This document shows positions 1-10,398 of a stretch of DNA of 64,000 nucleotides, one piece after another (the stretch's first letter is position 1; every line of letters begins with the position of its first letter). The stretch is taken from the sequence record PP047755. One strand, given 5' to 3'. The notes beneath the pieces were generated by a model. The model did no database searches. It was not told where the DNA came from and saw only the letters and a list, made by a program, of their open reading frames with translations. The stretch comes from Escherichia phage KEP1. The position numbers and the translations under genes are program-made.

Positions 1-397
1 TCATCGGTACACGCATAGGGACAACTGTACCTTCTTCTACAGCGTAGACTTCGACTGGTAGATAACCTAAGTCGTGGAGTGCTTCCCAATGTTCTCGACC
101 AATAGCATCTTTACCCAGAACACCGTTCATGACTTCTAAGATTTCGTCAATTGCTTCTTTTTTGTCACGTTCGAAGAATGTGGCGTTCCAGTGGTCTATC
201 AGGTAATCTTTAACAAAACGTTGAATACCAAAAGCGACTACACCATCAATTGCTAAGGGGCTGTTAAACCACTTATCACTACGTGGTGTCAGATTGAACA
301 TCAAGTATTCTGTTGCACTAGGGTACTGGTAAATGTGACCAGATTTGTAAGCATCTGCGTTTAAACCTGCTGGTACTGCATAAAGTGATTTAGTCAT
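1..397 (-). CDS. Nicotinamide phosphoribosyltransferase-like protein (Nampt/NadV- or Namat-like), N-terminal part; gene runs off the window start
   Basis: Manual minus-strand translation from ATG (CAT at about 395-397): MTKSLYAVPAGLNADAYKSGHIYQYPSATEY...; DAYK-x2-H-x3-QYP resembles the Nampt-family N-terminus; absent from ORF track because no stop lies inside the window. Confidence 0.6.
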   Translation of the reverse strand, partial: MTKSLYAVPAGLNADAYKSGHIYQYPSATEYLMFNLTPRSDKWFNSPLAIDGVVAFGIQRFVKDYLIDHWNATFFERDKKEAIDEILEVMNGVLGKDAIGREHWEALHDLGYLPVEVYAVEEGTVVPMRVPM

Positions 398-442
398 CTT
401 TTAATCTCTCTCAAAATGGGGCTTTGAAGCCCCTATAAACTT

Positions 443-1324
443 TCAATCAAGGTTTGCTACAGTAACTTGACTGTAATGTGTTAAGCCACGGTCTTTAGCT
501 TCGCCTAAAGAGTTTGTAGTGTAAATATGGTCGATACCATTGTCAAGAAGGTTTTCAACATCTTTAGAGAAGATACCATGTGTTACATAAAGTTCCACAC
601 GTTTTGCACCTGCTTCACGAAGATGTTTCGCTGCTTCTATGAAGGTTCGACCACCATCACAGATATCATCCAGAATCATAACGGTTTTATCTGTCAAATC
701 AACATCATCAAGGATTCGCATACCAGTAATTTCACCAGTCTTAAGGTTACGCACTTTAGACATTGTGATGTATGGTTTATCCACCTCTTTAGCAGTCTCT
801 GCAACCTTCTTAGCAGCACCTGCATCTGGGGCTACTAAGTAATCAACCAGTGGGTCATTTGCATAGTGGACTGCAATTTCCTTTTGAGGAATACTCTGGA
901 AGCAGTTAAACAGGTTATCTGGTACATAGCTGTGAGGGTCAACTGCACAGACTGCACCAAATCCCATTGCATTTACCTGTTTAGCAAAAACCTTTAAAGC
1001 TGCTGCGTCGCCTTTAAACATGTGACGGTCATATCGTGCATTTGGTAAGTAGTAAAAGATGACAGTCTTTAAAGCATAATCATGAGGAATTAAATCATCA
1101 ATTGCTTCTTTAGCAAGTGCCACAGCAAACAATGTGTCTTTATCATAACCTTTTACAATCATAATCACATTGTTAATGGATGATGCTGCATAAGCAGTAA
1201 AATCAACAAACTCTGGCGAAAAGTGTCCACCAATCTCACCAGAAGGGAATTGGATGATGTTAAACTCTTCTTCATGAGTTCCTTTAGTTGGTGAATGAAC
1301 TGTAACACGGATAGATGTTTTCAT
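443..1324 (-). CDS. Ribose-phosphate pyrophosphokinase-like protein (PRPP synthetase family; could be an ADP-ribose pyrophosphokinase)
   Basis: 293 aa; PRTase-type PRPP-binding loop VMILDDICDGGRTF; Prs-like length; directly upstream of the Nampt-like gene on the same strand. Confidence 0.75.
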   Translation of the reverse strand: MKTSIRVTVHSPTKGTHEEEFNIIQFPSGEIGGHFSPEFVDFTAYAASSINNVIMIVKGYDKDTLFAVALAKEAIDDLIPHDYALKTVIFYYLPNARYDRHMFKGDAAALKVFAKQVNAMGFGAVCAVDPHSYVPDNLFNCFQSIPQKEIAVHYANDPLVDYLVAPDAGAAKKVAETAKEVDKPYITMSKVRNLKTGEITGMRILDDVDLTDKTVMILDDICDGGRTFIEAAKHLREAGAKRVELYVTHGIFSKDVENLLDNGIDHIYTTNSLGEAKDRGLTHYSQVTVANLD

Positions 1325-1336
1325 AGTTTTTCTCTC

Positions 1337-1615
1337 TCAATCAAAAGTTACGTTTGTTACTGCCATTGCAGATTTGCATTTTGCAGGGTCTACAACGTGA
1401 TAAAGTACACTACAGTTACCTGTGCTGTCTGGTACAGGTTTAACCCATTGTTGCTTGACAGTTGGTTCGCCTAAGTCTTTGTAAGAACCATCTGTAAAAT
1501 TATTTATCATCTCAAGTGCAATTGGTTCTGGAATATGACCTCGTATCATGTACATCTCACAACCATTACCACCTTCACTAACTAATGGTAAAATCTCCCA
1601 CTTTTCTTTAGCCAT
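1337..1615 (-). CDS. hypothetical protein
   Basis: 92-aa ORF co-oriented and tightly packed in the minus-strand block. Confidence 0.45.
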   Translation of the reverse strand: MAKEKWEILPLVSEGGNGCEMYMIRGHIPEPIALEMINNFTDGSYKDLGEPTVKQQWVKPVPDSTGNCSVLYHVVDPAKCKSAMAVTNVTFD

Positions 1616-2123
1616 TGTAAGTTGCCCTATAAACTGTCTCGAACTTCAACAGGAGAGATATTGCCAAATCTGTATAGTTGTTGTCAAGCACATCTGGCAT
1701 ATTATTTTTGATATACCTCTCTTGCTCTTCATAGGTCATCTTAGGGATACTCAGGAGGCTATCTCCTTGCTTCTGGTTATCAGCTTTAGTTTGGATAAAC
1801 CAGTTCGCACAGTGATGTTCGCCACCTTTTGTAACAGGTTTGTGGTGGCCTAGTGTAAATGTTTGCTTACCCGTATACCTGCAAAGATTGTTCAGTGTTG
1901 CAATGGTGTTCTTCACAACACACCATTCATACAGGTTATCTATTGTGTAGTGTGGGTAATAACGAACAAGTGCTCTTTCACGGAAGTTATCACGATTCCA
2001 AAGAACCATGTGATTAGAATTTGAAGGGTCATATTTGTGGGAGTCTATAAATTCTTGACGCTCATCAAAGCTGAGTCTTAGAACTGACATTGCAACCGAA
2101 CGTTTCAAGTTTGACAGATACAT
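1608..2123 (-). CDS. hypothetical protein
   Basis: 171-aa ORF, co-oriented, abuts neighbours. Confidence 0.5.
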   Translation of the reverse strand: MYLSNLKRSVAMSVLRLSFDERQEFIDSHKYDPSNSNHMVLWNRDNFRERALVRYYPHYTIDNLYEWCVVKNTIATLNNLCRYTGKQTFTLGHHKPVTKGGEHHCANWFIQTKADNQKQGDSLLSIPKMTYEEQERYIKNNMPDVLDNNYTDLAISLLLKFETVYRATYNG

Positions 2124-2174
2124 TTTACCTCCAAAATAAAAAGGGAACCTTTACAGTTCCCCTATAGTATCTGT

Positions 2175-2495
2175 TTACTGAGCTACTTTCAAGAGGCTTG
2201 TGAATGAAATCTCACTCTCATCCATAAGCTCTTTTGCTTTTCCAGTAACTTTTACAAAGTTATCTAGGCAGATAATCTTCTTATCTTTCTTGCTGTAGGT
2301 CAGTTTCACCTTTTCAATATCTTTCTTATAGCTTTCCTCTTCATTAAAGAGCTTCACAGCTTCTTTGAATGGGAGGTATGAGCCATCATCATCACTAATA
2401 AAACCTGTACCACAATAGTAGAAGTTGTATTCTTTAGCCATAAACTGGCACAGTACGAAAATCTGTAATTTGCGAGTGTTATAAACTTTGCTCAT
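2175..2495 (-). CDS. hypothetical protein
   Basis: 106-aa ORF, co-oriented. Confidence 0.5.
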   Translation of the reverse strand: MSKVYNTRKLQIFVLCQFMAKEYNFYYCGTGFISDDDGSYLPFKEAVKLFNEEESYKKDIEKVKLTYSKKDKKIICLDNFVKVTGKAKELMDESEISFTSLLKVAQ

Positions 2496-2497
2496 GA

Positions 2498-2755
2498 TTA
2501 TTTAGCCTTCTTATTACGTTTACGGTTACGAGCTTTCTTAGCTGCTCGTTTAATAGCTGCTGCACCAGACGGGCGATGGGCTTGTTTCTTACCACCTTTG
2601 CCACGGCCTACATAGATACTTTCCATAATCTCATTAGCCAGCCGCTCATCCATCTTAAAGTTCTGCATAAGATGAGTTACATCAACCCCAGTGAGCATAC
2701 CTAATGAAGCTAGTGCTGCTTTTACTTTTGATTTAAAGCTATTCCAGATTCCCAT
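2498..2755 (-). CDS. hypothetical small basic protein
   Basis: 85 aa with Lys/Arg-rich C-terminus (KKARNRKRNKKAK). Confidence 0.45.
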   Translation of the reverse strand: MGIWNSFKSKVKAALASLGMLTGVDVTHLMQNFKMDERLANEIMESIYVGRGKGGKKQAHRPSGAAAIKRAAKKARNRKRNKKAK

Positions 2756-2878
2756 TTCGTGTCTCTCTCAGTCTTTTCAAAAATGTTTTAAGTTCTTCTT
2801 CAGTGACACCAACGGTTAAGTTTGTTCTGTAGAACATTGTAAAGTGGCCTTTACCGATAACCTACTTTACGACGAGAC

Positions 2879-3364
2879 TTACTCGGCTCTCCACTGACAA
2901 TCGCCTTGCCACCCATACTCTTTTCTCCAGAGGTTTTGGTTATCAGAACCACGATATGGTTTAACTGTTGGTTTAGATGAATCATACTTACCATCAATCA
3001 CCACGTCAACATATTTCATCACATCTAAGTGAATTTTTTCGTGTAACTGAAAACCTGTCCAGAGCCAGATAGATTTTTCTGGGTAAACAGTTTTAATACG
3101 TTTACAAATGTTGGTGACCTCTTGAATATTTCTATCATCCAGAGGCTCTCCACCGAGTATTGACAACCCACTGATGGCCTCATCATCCATTAACTTAATG
3201 ATGCCGTAGAGGTTTGCATAAGTAAACACTTTACCAGCATTAAACTTCCAAGACTCCCTATTAAAGCAGCCTTCACAGTGATGTTTACAGCCAGCTACGA
3301 ATAGGCTTACACGAACCCCTTCACCATTAGCTGTGTCAAATGGTCTAATCTCCATGTAATTCAT
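2879..3364 (-). CDS. nrdG: Anaerobic ribonucleotide reductase activating protein (radical SAM)
   Basis: 161 aa; Cys cluster CKHHCEGC near N-terminus; size and position next to nrdD. Confidence 0.8.
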   Translation of the reverse strand: MNYMEIRPFDTANGEGVRVSLFVAGCKHHCEGCFNRESWKFNAGKVFTYANLYGIIKLMDDEAISGLSILGGEPLDDRNIQEVTNICKRIKTVYPEKSIWLWTGFQLHEKIHLDVMKYVDVVIDGKYDSSKPTVKPYRGSDNQNLWRKEYGWQGDCQWRAE

Positions 3365-3399
3365 CTAGTTACCTCACCAATATTATTTAATTGTTTTAC

Positions 3400-3795
3400 T
3401 CATTCAAACACCGCCTGACAAGGAACCTGTTTAGTAATAAACTCTTCACAGTGTTCTTTAATGAAGTTTTGTAATGGCACACAGTCTTGTGCACAAGTCA
3501 TTAACATAATGTACTCTGGATTCATAATGTTTTCAAGACTGTAGAAGACAACATCGTTAGATAATTCATGACCGTCTTCTTCAGACCAAGTTCCAGTGAC
3601 TACAGCTAATTTGTCAAGCAATTCATTAGGTAATGCTACATCATCTTCTACGGAGTCACTTAGAACGTTGTCGCTGATGTACAATGTGAATACCGTGTGG
3701 AATGTTGAGTATCTTACATGATTCTTTTCGCAAGAGCCACACTCTGAGGCATAATCTTTAATCCACTCTAACTGTTTTTGGTTCAACTTAATCAT
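3400..3795 (-). CDS. hypothetical protein
   Basis: 131-aa ORF between nrdG and nrdD region. Confidence 0.5.
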   Translation of the reverse strand: MIKLNQKQLEWIKDYASECGSCEKNHVRYSTFHTVFTLYISDNVLSDSVEDDVALPNELLDKLAVVTGTWSEEDGHELSNDVVFYSLENIMNPEYIMLMTCAQDCVPLQNFIKEHCEEFITKQVPCQAVFE

Positions 3796-3992
3796 AATTT
3801 CACCTTAGTTGGTAATGTACTGAATGCTATGGCTAACCCTAAAAATGGTTTGAAGCATGACCATAAATCCATCTGACCATGATATGAGAAACTCCATTGT
3901 GGGTCTGAAAAGCCCCATACCATAACGCTAACCCCAAAGAAGAAGATTAGAATGTGGAGTATGTATATCATCGCTTTTGATATTTTAAACAT
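3792..3992 (-). CDS. hypothetical small membrane protein
   Basis: 66 aa, hydrophobic stretches. Confidence 0.4.
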   Translation of the reverse strand: MFKISKAMIYILHILIFFFGVSVMVWGFSDPQWSFSYHGQMDLWSCFKPFLGLAIAFSTLPTKVKL

Positions 3993-4146
3993 TTTAACTT
4001 ACCTCTCAACTCACAATAAGAGAGTCCTAAAAAGAACCCTAGTAAGACAGAACCTATGAACAACCCAATAATACTCTCTGCCATATCTAACATCCAATAA
4101 AAAAGGTGATGTAAGCCTATCAAGACCCACATCACCTTGTCAAGTT

Positions 4147-6291
4147 TTACATAGAGACTCTATCACGAATCTCAGCGATTTTTGCATCGTTCATTCGGGA
4201 TTCGCCTTTAATCTTAGTCCACCCAAGATACCCACACACCCTGTTAATCACAGAGATATCATGTGAATGGCAAATCTCACATTCTTCGACATCAGCCTTT
4301 GGTCTGTTACCACAATGCTCACAGATTGCTAAGTCAAAGTTAAGTCCCTGATAAAAACCTTTCAACATGCCTCTTGTAATACAGCTTTTAAGTGCTGTTA
4401 AGTTTTCTGGGTTAGCTACTCTGACATACTGGATTCTACCACCTCTACAGATATGGAAGAATGGCTCTTCTAAGTCCTGCTTCTCAAATGGTGAGATGTC
4501 TGCTGCAACATTCATATGGAAACTGTTTGTAAAGTATTCCTTGTCAGAAACACCTTTGATAACACCAAACATTTCTCTGAACTGTTTTAGCTGAGTTCCA
4601 CAAAGTGATTCTGCTGGAGTACCATAGACAGCATATAAGAAGCCATCTTCATTTTTAAACTCTTCAGTTTTCATGTTGATGTATGCCAGAACATCGTATG
4701 CAAAACTAGAGCTTCCAACTTCATGAAGTCGTTTACCTTCAGCAAGAACAGATAACTCATCCAGTGCGGTAACCCCAAAAGAAGCTGTGAAGGACTTCAC
4801 GATATCCCAGCCAACCTTGTCAGTAGATTTCTTAGTCCCTTTGTACAGACCACCTTGTGTGAATGCAAGAGGGTTAGAACTTGCTGGCATATTAGCAATC
4901 ATTTCGTAGCGTTTCTTGTGGAAGCTACGAATCATCTCTAGGTACTTATCAAGCTCTTTCCAGAAATCTAAGTCATTCCCTTTAGAATACTGGTAAATCA
5001 TTGGCAAGTTCAAAGACACAGCACCAATGTTAGCACGACCAACGTAGAACTCTTCCCCATCATCATTAAGATATGGAGACAAGAAAGCTCTGCAACCCAT
5101 CGGTGAAATTACCTTACCAGAACGCTCAAAAGCCTCTGCTACAGCACCGTGACCAGATACACTTAAGAAATCTGGATACATTGCTTTAGAGCAACACTCG
5201 ATAGCTTTACTGTACAGGTGACCTTGACAGATATTTTCATCATGTCTCTTCTGGTCATAGATATAAACCAGTTTAGGGAATACAACAGGTTTTTTGCTCT
5301 TACCTTGTCCATTCATACGAACATCTAGGAGAGTACTTGCAATCATGTATTGTAGTCGGTTGTCTTCATTAGACATATCTGAGTCAAGTAGCCCAAATGT
5401 TAAAGTTGTGAATGCAAAATCACCACGGCTGCAAGGTACGGTATTTAGTTTCATCTCTAGTGACTGGAAGCCTTGAGTTAATTCAATCTGTAGCTGCTCC
5501 ATGACATAGTTATGGTAATGTTCTTTAGGAATACCGTAAGATGCTGCTTTCTCAGCATGATAGCGTAGAGACTTCTTAGCATACGGTACAAGCACCTTAT
5601 CAATCTCTGCTAAAGTAAAGCCACCAAATTGCTGTGCAGTTGCTGAAAGAACTACATCACCAATAACCTGTAAGGCTGACAGTACAGACTTCGGTTCACA
5701 GTATTCGATGCCAGACATTTCAAAGCCACCTTTCAGTACTTTACCAATGTCAAACAAGCAGCAGTTAATACCACCAAAAATTAAGTCTCTTAAGTCATGG
5801 ATGTAGATAAACCCTTTTTCAATGGCTTCAAGTTCCTCTGGTGTTAAATGGTATTGTTTAAAGATTTCTTTAGTCAGATAACCACGAATAATTGAACCTT
5901 TTGTAGAAATTAAACTGCTGTCAAAGTTGGCATTTTCACGGTCACCTAAGAAGAGTGTGTCTCTAGTCTTTTGGTAAAGCTCATCCCAATTTTGAGCAAC
6001 CTCTTTACGGTAATTTCTATATGTTGAGTAAGACTCGTAAATCTCGTGATTGACTTCTGCCAAAGCACCCTCAACAATACTGTGAATGTCATTTACCGAG
6101 ATGAGCAAATTATTCTGCTTAGTGGACTTCACCAGAATCCTCATAAATGCTGACTCAAGAGCTTGGGTAACATCTGGTGGGAGTTCTTTATACCCAACCC
6201 TGTTAGCTGACTTAGTTACTGCTGCTAAAACTTTTTTGATATCCGGTTCTTCAAGTGAGCCATTCTTTTTAATAATCTGTACTTTGTTCAT
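4147..6291 (-). CDS. nrdD: Anaerobic ribonucleoside-triphosphate reductase (class III)
   Basis: 714 aa; N-terminal ATP-cone-like region; C-terminal CxxC...CxxC zinc site followed by glycyl-radical-like motif (INRVCGYLG). Confidence 0.88.
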   Translation of the reverse strand: MNKVQIIKKNGSLEEPDIKKVLAAVTKSANRVGYKELPPDVTQALESAFMRILVKSTKQNNLLISVNDIHSIVEGALAEVNHEIYESYSTYRNYRKEVAQNWDELYQKTRDTLFLGDRENANFDSSLISTKGSIIRGYLTKEIFKQYHLTPEELEAIEKGFIYIHDLRDLIFGGINCCLFDIGKVLKGGFEMSGIEYCEPKSVLSALQVIGDVVLSATAQQFGGFTLAEIDKVLVPYAKKSLRYHAEKAASYGIPKEHYHNYVMEQLQIELTQGFQSLEMKLNTVPCSRGDFAFTTLTFGLLDSDMSNEDNRLQYMIASTLLDVRMNGQGKSKKPVVFPKLVYIYDQKRHDENICQGHLYSKAIECCSKAMYPDFLSVSGHGAVAEAFERSGKVISPMGCRAFLSPYLNDDGEEFYVGRANIGAVSLNLPMIYQYSKGNDLDFWKELDKYLEMIRSFHKKRYEMIANMPASSNPLAFTQGGLYKGTKKSTDKVGWDIVKSFTASFGVTALDELSVLAEGKRLHEVGSSSFAYDVLAYINMKTEEFKNEDGFLYAVYGTPAESLCGTQLKQFREMFGVIKGVSDKEYFTNSFHMNVAADISPFEKQDLEEPFFHICRGGRIQYVRVANPENLTALKSCITRGMLKGFYQGLNFDLAICEHCGNRPKADVEECEICHSHDISVINRVCGYLGWTKIKGESRMNDAKIAEIRDRVSM

Positions 6292-6339
6292 TATTGCCCC
6301 TTTACATGCTAAAAAGGTCTCCGAAGAGACCCTTTCATT

Positions 6340-6546
6340 TTAAATCTTTTTAGAAAACTTTGAAACGAGTTTTCTTAGTTTTTCAGTGATGCCTAGCTGT
6401 ATCTCTAATATTTCAAAGATAACCCATAATAGCATGGCTCCAAACAATGAACCTTGTTCAAAATCAGTAAATAGGTTAACAACAAGCATACCAATCACAA
6501 TGGCTGGTGCATCAACAACCAAACCTTCCCAAAGGCGTTTAAGCAT
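6340..6546 (-). CDS. hypothetical small membrane protein
   Basis: 68 aa, hydrophobic. Confidence 0.4.
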   Translation of the reverse strand: MLKRLWEGLVVDAPAIVIGMLVVNLFTDFEQGSLFGAMLLWVIFEILEIQLGITEKLRKLVSKFSKKI

Positions 6547-6781
6547 TATTCACCTCTGCCATAAAATTCTGTAGTGTCCCAACAGGTTTTAGATTTTGAC
6601 CATCAGTCTTCATGATGAATGGCATCTGACGAACTGGCATCTGTGCAATATCCATCAGGTCTGACAGTTCATAATCCTGCCCTAACATTCTCACAACATG
6701 GTCAATACCACGAGCTTTTGCAAAATTCTTTGCAGTCTCACACTGAGGGCATCCAGTTTTGGAGTAAATTACATAAGTCAT
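6539..6781 (-). CDS. Glutaredoxin/NrdH-like redoxin
   Basis: 80 aa; CPQC active-site motif near N-terminus; directly upstream of nrdB. Confidence 0.75.
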   Translation of the reverse strand: MTYVIYSKTGCPQCETAKNFAKARGIDHVVRMLGQDYELSDLMDIAQMPVRQMPFIMKTDGQNLKPVGTLQNFMAEVNNA

Positions 6782-7914
6782 TAAGGAACCTCTAAAAATC
6801 CACTATTCAAATCATCTACAACAGTATTCAATAAGTACGCACCGTTCTGTTGCTCCTGATTAGCATTCTGCTCTTTATCAATTTCCATCTTCTTAATCAT
6901 ATACTTCAAAGGTGGTTCTTTAGGAGCTACAAAATCTCTAGGAATGCCAAACATATCATACAGTGGGGCAGCATTATAGTAAACCCACTCATGGAGAAGC
7001 TTTGTATTTAAACCAACTACAGCACGTCCTTCGGAGAAGATATAATACGACCATTTTTCTTCGCTTTCAACTACTTCATCTAAGATTACTTTAATCTCTG
7101 GAAGAATTTGTTGGAAAGCTTTTTGCCACTCATCGTCTCTTAAAGTTTCTTTTAAAACTTCAATATCAATTTTAGTGTGAAGGATTTCATCAAGCATAAT
7201 TTTCTGAACAGCTTGAGCAATACCCTGAAATTTATCTTGAGCATCAAGTGCAAAAGTACATGCAAAGGATGCCATAAAAGATATACCTTCCAGTGCAGTC
7301 ACTGCAAATAGACCTTTCAGAATCACTTTATGGAAGTGTAAAGGGTCTTTGTCCAGAAGTGAGTCACGGACATAACTCAGTCGATAGTTTATACCTTCAT
7401 CCAGTAATTCTTCAAGAACACGATTCACAGTTTTTAATCGGTCTTGTACAGCAATGTTCTGGTTAATCTCATCTAAGATTGTTTCAGGATTTTTAATACA
7501 TTGTCTTACAATCTCTGAGTAAGTGAGGGCATGTAAGTTTTCAATCTCAGACTGCTTCATAATTGCAGTTGCATAAATGTCATCAGAGATGAATGGTGCA
7601 AAAGCAAACGCTAAACTCTTAGCAACTTGGGTATCTGCTTCCCACTGCCACTTAAGAATCTCAAGCATTACACCTGACATTGATGCTGGCACACTTTCAA
7701 AATCAAGACGTGATTGTTCAAAAGGGAACTCATCTTCTGACCAGTCTTGCGCTTTTTGTTGTTTATATAGCTCAAAGATTTTTGGGTAGTGCTTGTTAAG
7801 TGAGTCAAATGTCTTTCTCTCACCACCTAAAAAGATTGGGTGTTGGTTAATCATAATGTGATTTCTCCTTTCTTTATCATCTCTAAGGCTTGTTTTCTGT
7901 CTAAAACTTCCCAA
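6781..7914 (-). CDS. nrdB: Ribonucleotide reductase class I small (beta) subunit
   Basis: 377 aa, R2-like length and ferritin-like helical composition; adjacent to nrdA. Confidence 0.8.
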   Translation of the reverse strand: MGSFRQKTSLRDDKERRNHIMINQHPIFLGGERKTFDSLNKHYPKIFELYKQQKAQDWSEDEFPFEQSRLDFESVPASMSGVMLEILKWQWEADTQVAKSLAFAFAPFISDDIYATAIMKQSEIENLHALTYSEIVRQCIKNPETILDEINQNIAVQDRLKTVNRVLEELLDEGINYRLSYVRDSLLDKDPLHFHKVILKGLFAVTALEGISFMASFACTFALDAQDKFQGIAQAVQKIMLDEILHTKIDIEVLKETLRDDEWQKAFQQILPEIKVILDEVVESEEKWSYYIFSEGRAVVGLNTKLLHEWVYYNAAPLYDMFGIPRDFVAPKEPPLKYMIKKMEIDKEQNANQEQQNGAYLLNTVVDDLNSGFLEVP

Positions 7915-8192
7915 TTTTCTTTATTAAACATGTCATAAGGTCTTGCATAGATTTTACCATCTGCTGTAGAGATGTAAGAGACGCCATCGACCCATGAGTC
8001 ATCATTTTGTTTTATCATCATGTCTGTGCTACTCACATAGTACAGCGTTTTTCGAGGTTTGTGGAGCAAGTATATAGGCCATTCATGGTTTGCTATTAAA
8101 TCTTTCATAGTCTCTCCAAAGTTAATTTTAGAGGGTCTTTTACGACCCTCATAGTTGTTAAAACTAAACACCACAACCCTCGCAATAAGCAT
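7851..8192 (-). CDS. hypothetical protein (true start probably an internal Met)
   Basis: 113-aa ORF overlapping the nrdB start; unresolved. Confidence 0.35.
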   Translation of the reverse strand: MLIARVVVFSFNNYEGRKRPSKINFGETMKDLIANHEWPIYLLHKPRKTLYYVSSTDMMIKQNDDSWVDGVSYISTADGKIYARPYDMFNKENWEVLDRKQALEMIKKGEITL

Positions 8193-10398
8193 CTTGCAGT
8201 GCAGATTTACCTACACCAATGCGACTGTTAAGGTAGTACATGGTTTTCATACCTACTGAGTTGGCATAAATCATGTACTTCAAAGCTTGAGCCAATGATA
8301 CCTTTTTAGACTTTGCATAGTCAACATAGAAATCTGAAGAGATAGCTTGACCAGTGAACTTTTGAACAATTGCATAACAATCAATCAGGTCAAAGGTGTC
8401 GATATCCCAAGCAATTTCATAGACATACTTCAATTCTTCATAATCTGGAACAATAAACAGTACGTTACCAGTTGCAGACTTTTTAGTTAAAATAAAGTCA
8501 CGAATTGGATACAAGCCATTTGTCGTATTAGTTGCCAGTGAAGAACTCTCATTAGGCATGTAAGCTTCTAATACAGAGTTACGGATTCCACCATTCTCTT
8601 TAATACGTTGTGCTAAGTCATCCCAATCATAACGAAGTTTTGCATCATGCTTCTCATCAATCCTCCTGTTAGCTGTCTTCGGAGGAACCCAACCTTCAGG
8701 ATACTTAGTGAACTGTATATACTCAGGTACACCGCGTTCTTTAGCAAGTCTTAAAGAGGCTTCGTGTAAGTAGTAAGAGTGCATTTCAGCAAGCTCATGA
8801 AGCTTCGTCTTACCTGCTCTTGAAGAGTAGTTCACGTAGTTTTTTGCAAGGTAATGAGCCACATTTGTAAGGCCAATACCAACAGAACGACGCTTCTGAA
8901 CATGGTTGCGCATCGACGGATACGGATAATCCATAAGGTCAATAACGGAGTCAACCATTGCAAGAGCATAATAAGCAACATCAGCGTATTCATCTTCTGA
9001 AATTCTCCCTGCAACCAAACTAGCTAGGAAGCAAAGAGCTACCTCACCATCCTCTTTCACAGCATCGTCTCTGTAAAGGTCTGTCTCTTTCTCAAAGCCG
9101 TACACTGGCAACACAATTTCCATACAAAGATTTGACATCTTCAAAGGTTCTTTAAATGGTGTATGTGTGTTTGCATTATTCGTAAAGAATGGGTACACAC
9201 GGCCTGTTGCATAACGCTGCTGGATAAACAGTTTAGCAATTTCACGAGCCTTTACTCGTCTGTGCTTAACACCTGAATGGACTGCGTGACCAACTGCCAT
9301 AGCAAACTCATCAGCAGATGCTGTGTAGAACATGTCATAGAGCTTTGGTGCATCCTTGTAAGAGAATAGCAACCAGTCTGTATCATATTGAACACACTGC
9401 CAGAAATAATCATTTGTACCGAATGAGTAGTCCATCTCGTTAATACGTTTCGAAGGAACCGTTGTAGGGTGCTTCAAACGCAGTAAATCTTCAATCTGCG
9501 GGTCTAGAGCAGTGTAGAAGTTGTTAGCTGAACCACCACGGCTCTTCTGTTTGTTTGCCTCTACAGATGAACGTACAAGCTTGTAATAAGGCAGTTTACC
9601 CATGTGCTCAATAGTATTTTGACGGATACCATCACCAATAGTGCGAGTCTCCATCAGCATCCCAATACCAGCTTGCTTTGTAGTCATATCATAAGCAACC
9701 TTTGCAGCAATACCAAGCGATTCAGCGGTATCATTCGCCTTAATCAAACAGCATGACGCATAACCTGATTTAGTAGCTCTTAAACCGTTTAAATAAGGTG
9801 TAGGAGCGTTAATCTTCAGGTCAGATAGGTAAGTGTACAGCTTGATAACATCTTGCAGTCTACGGTGCTTTGGTTGCTTCTCAAAGGCTTTCATAGCCAT
9901 ACCCATAAACATAAATTGTGGTGACTCAAAAAGTCTTCCCGTTTTAATATCACGGATACCATACTTGTCTCTGAACTGTTTCAATACTGCATAACCGTAA
10001 GAGATATCTTTTGAGTGCACGATGTAACCTTGCAGGTATTCAAGCTCTTCCTGTGAATAATCCATCTTCTCCCAAAGTCCTGCTCTCTCCATATTCTTAA
10101 CGAAGGTAATCAGCGTAGGAACCTTAGTAAAGCCTCCAAAGGCTTCTTTGTAGATAATACCCAGAAGTAGTCGTCCAGCCATGTCTGAGTACTCTTGAGT
10201 TTGTTTATCAACACAAACATCAATCATGGCTTGGTGCATCTCTTTTGTAGTGCAACCCTCATAGACACGTTTCATGGCTTCCATAGTGACTTCTGACCAG
10301 ATGATTCCACGCTTATCTGCCCATGATGCCCACTTATTCAGTCTTTCTGGGTCAAAGCTTACTACTGTACCGTTTGATTTTTTAATTGTCTTAATCAT
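8164..10398 (-). CDS. nrdA: Ribonucleotide reductase class I large (alpha) subunit
   Basis: 744 aa; ATP-cone-like N-terminus and R1-like length; adjacent to nrdB. Confidence 0.88.
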   Translation of the reverse strand: MIKTIKKSNGTVVSFDPERLNKWASWADKRGIIWSEVTMEAMKRVYEGCTTKEMHQAMIDVCVDKQTQEYSDMAGRLLLGIIYKEAFGGFTKVPTLITFVKNMERAGLWEKMDYSQEELEYLQGYIVHSKDISYGYAVLKQFRDKYGIRDIKTGRLFESPQFMFMGMAMKAFEKQPKHRRLQDVIKLYTYLSDLKINAPTPYLNGLRATKSGYASCCLIKANDTAESLGIAAKVAYDMTTKQAGIGMLMETRTIGDGIRQNTIEHMGKLPYYKLVRSSVEANKQKSRGGSANNFYTALDPQIEDLLRLKHPTTVPSKRINEMDYSFGTNDYFWQCVQYDTDWLLFSYKDAPKLYDMFYTASADEFAMAVGHAVHSGVKHRRVKAREIAKLFIQQRYATGRVYPFFTNNANTHTPFKEPLKMSNLCMEIVLPVYGFEKETDLYRDDAVKEDGEVALCFLASLVAGRISEDEYADVAYYALAMVDSVIDLMDYPYPSMRNHVQKRRSVGIGLTNVAHYLAKNYVNYSSRAGKTKLHELAEMHSYYLHEASLRLAKERGVPEYIQFTKYPEGWVPPKTANRRIDEKHDAKLRYDWDDLAQRIKENGGIRNSVLEAYMPNESSSLATNTTNGLYPIRDFILTKKSATGNVLFIVPDYEELKYVYEIAWDIDTFDLIDCYAIVQKFTGQAISSDFYVDYAKSKKVSLAQALKYMIYANSVGMKTMYYLNSRIGVGKSALQDAYCEGCGV

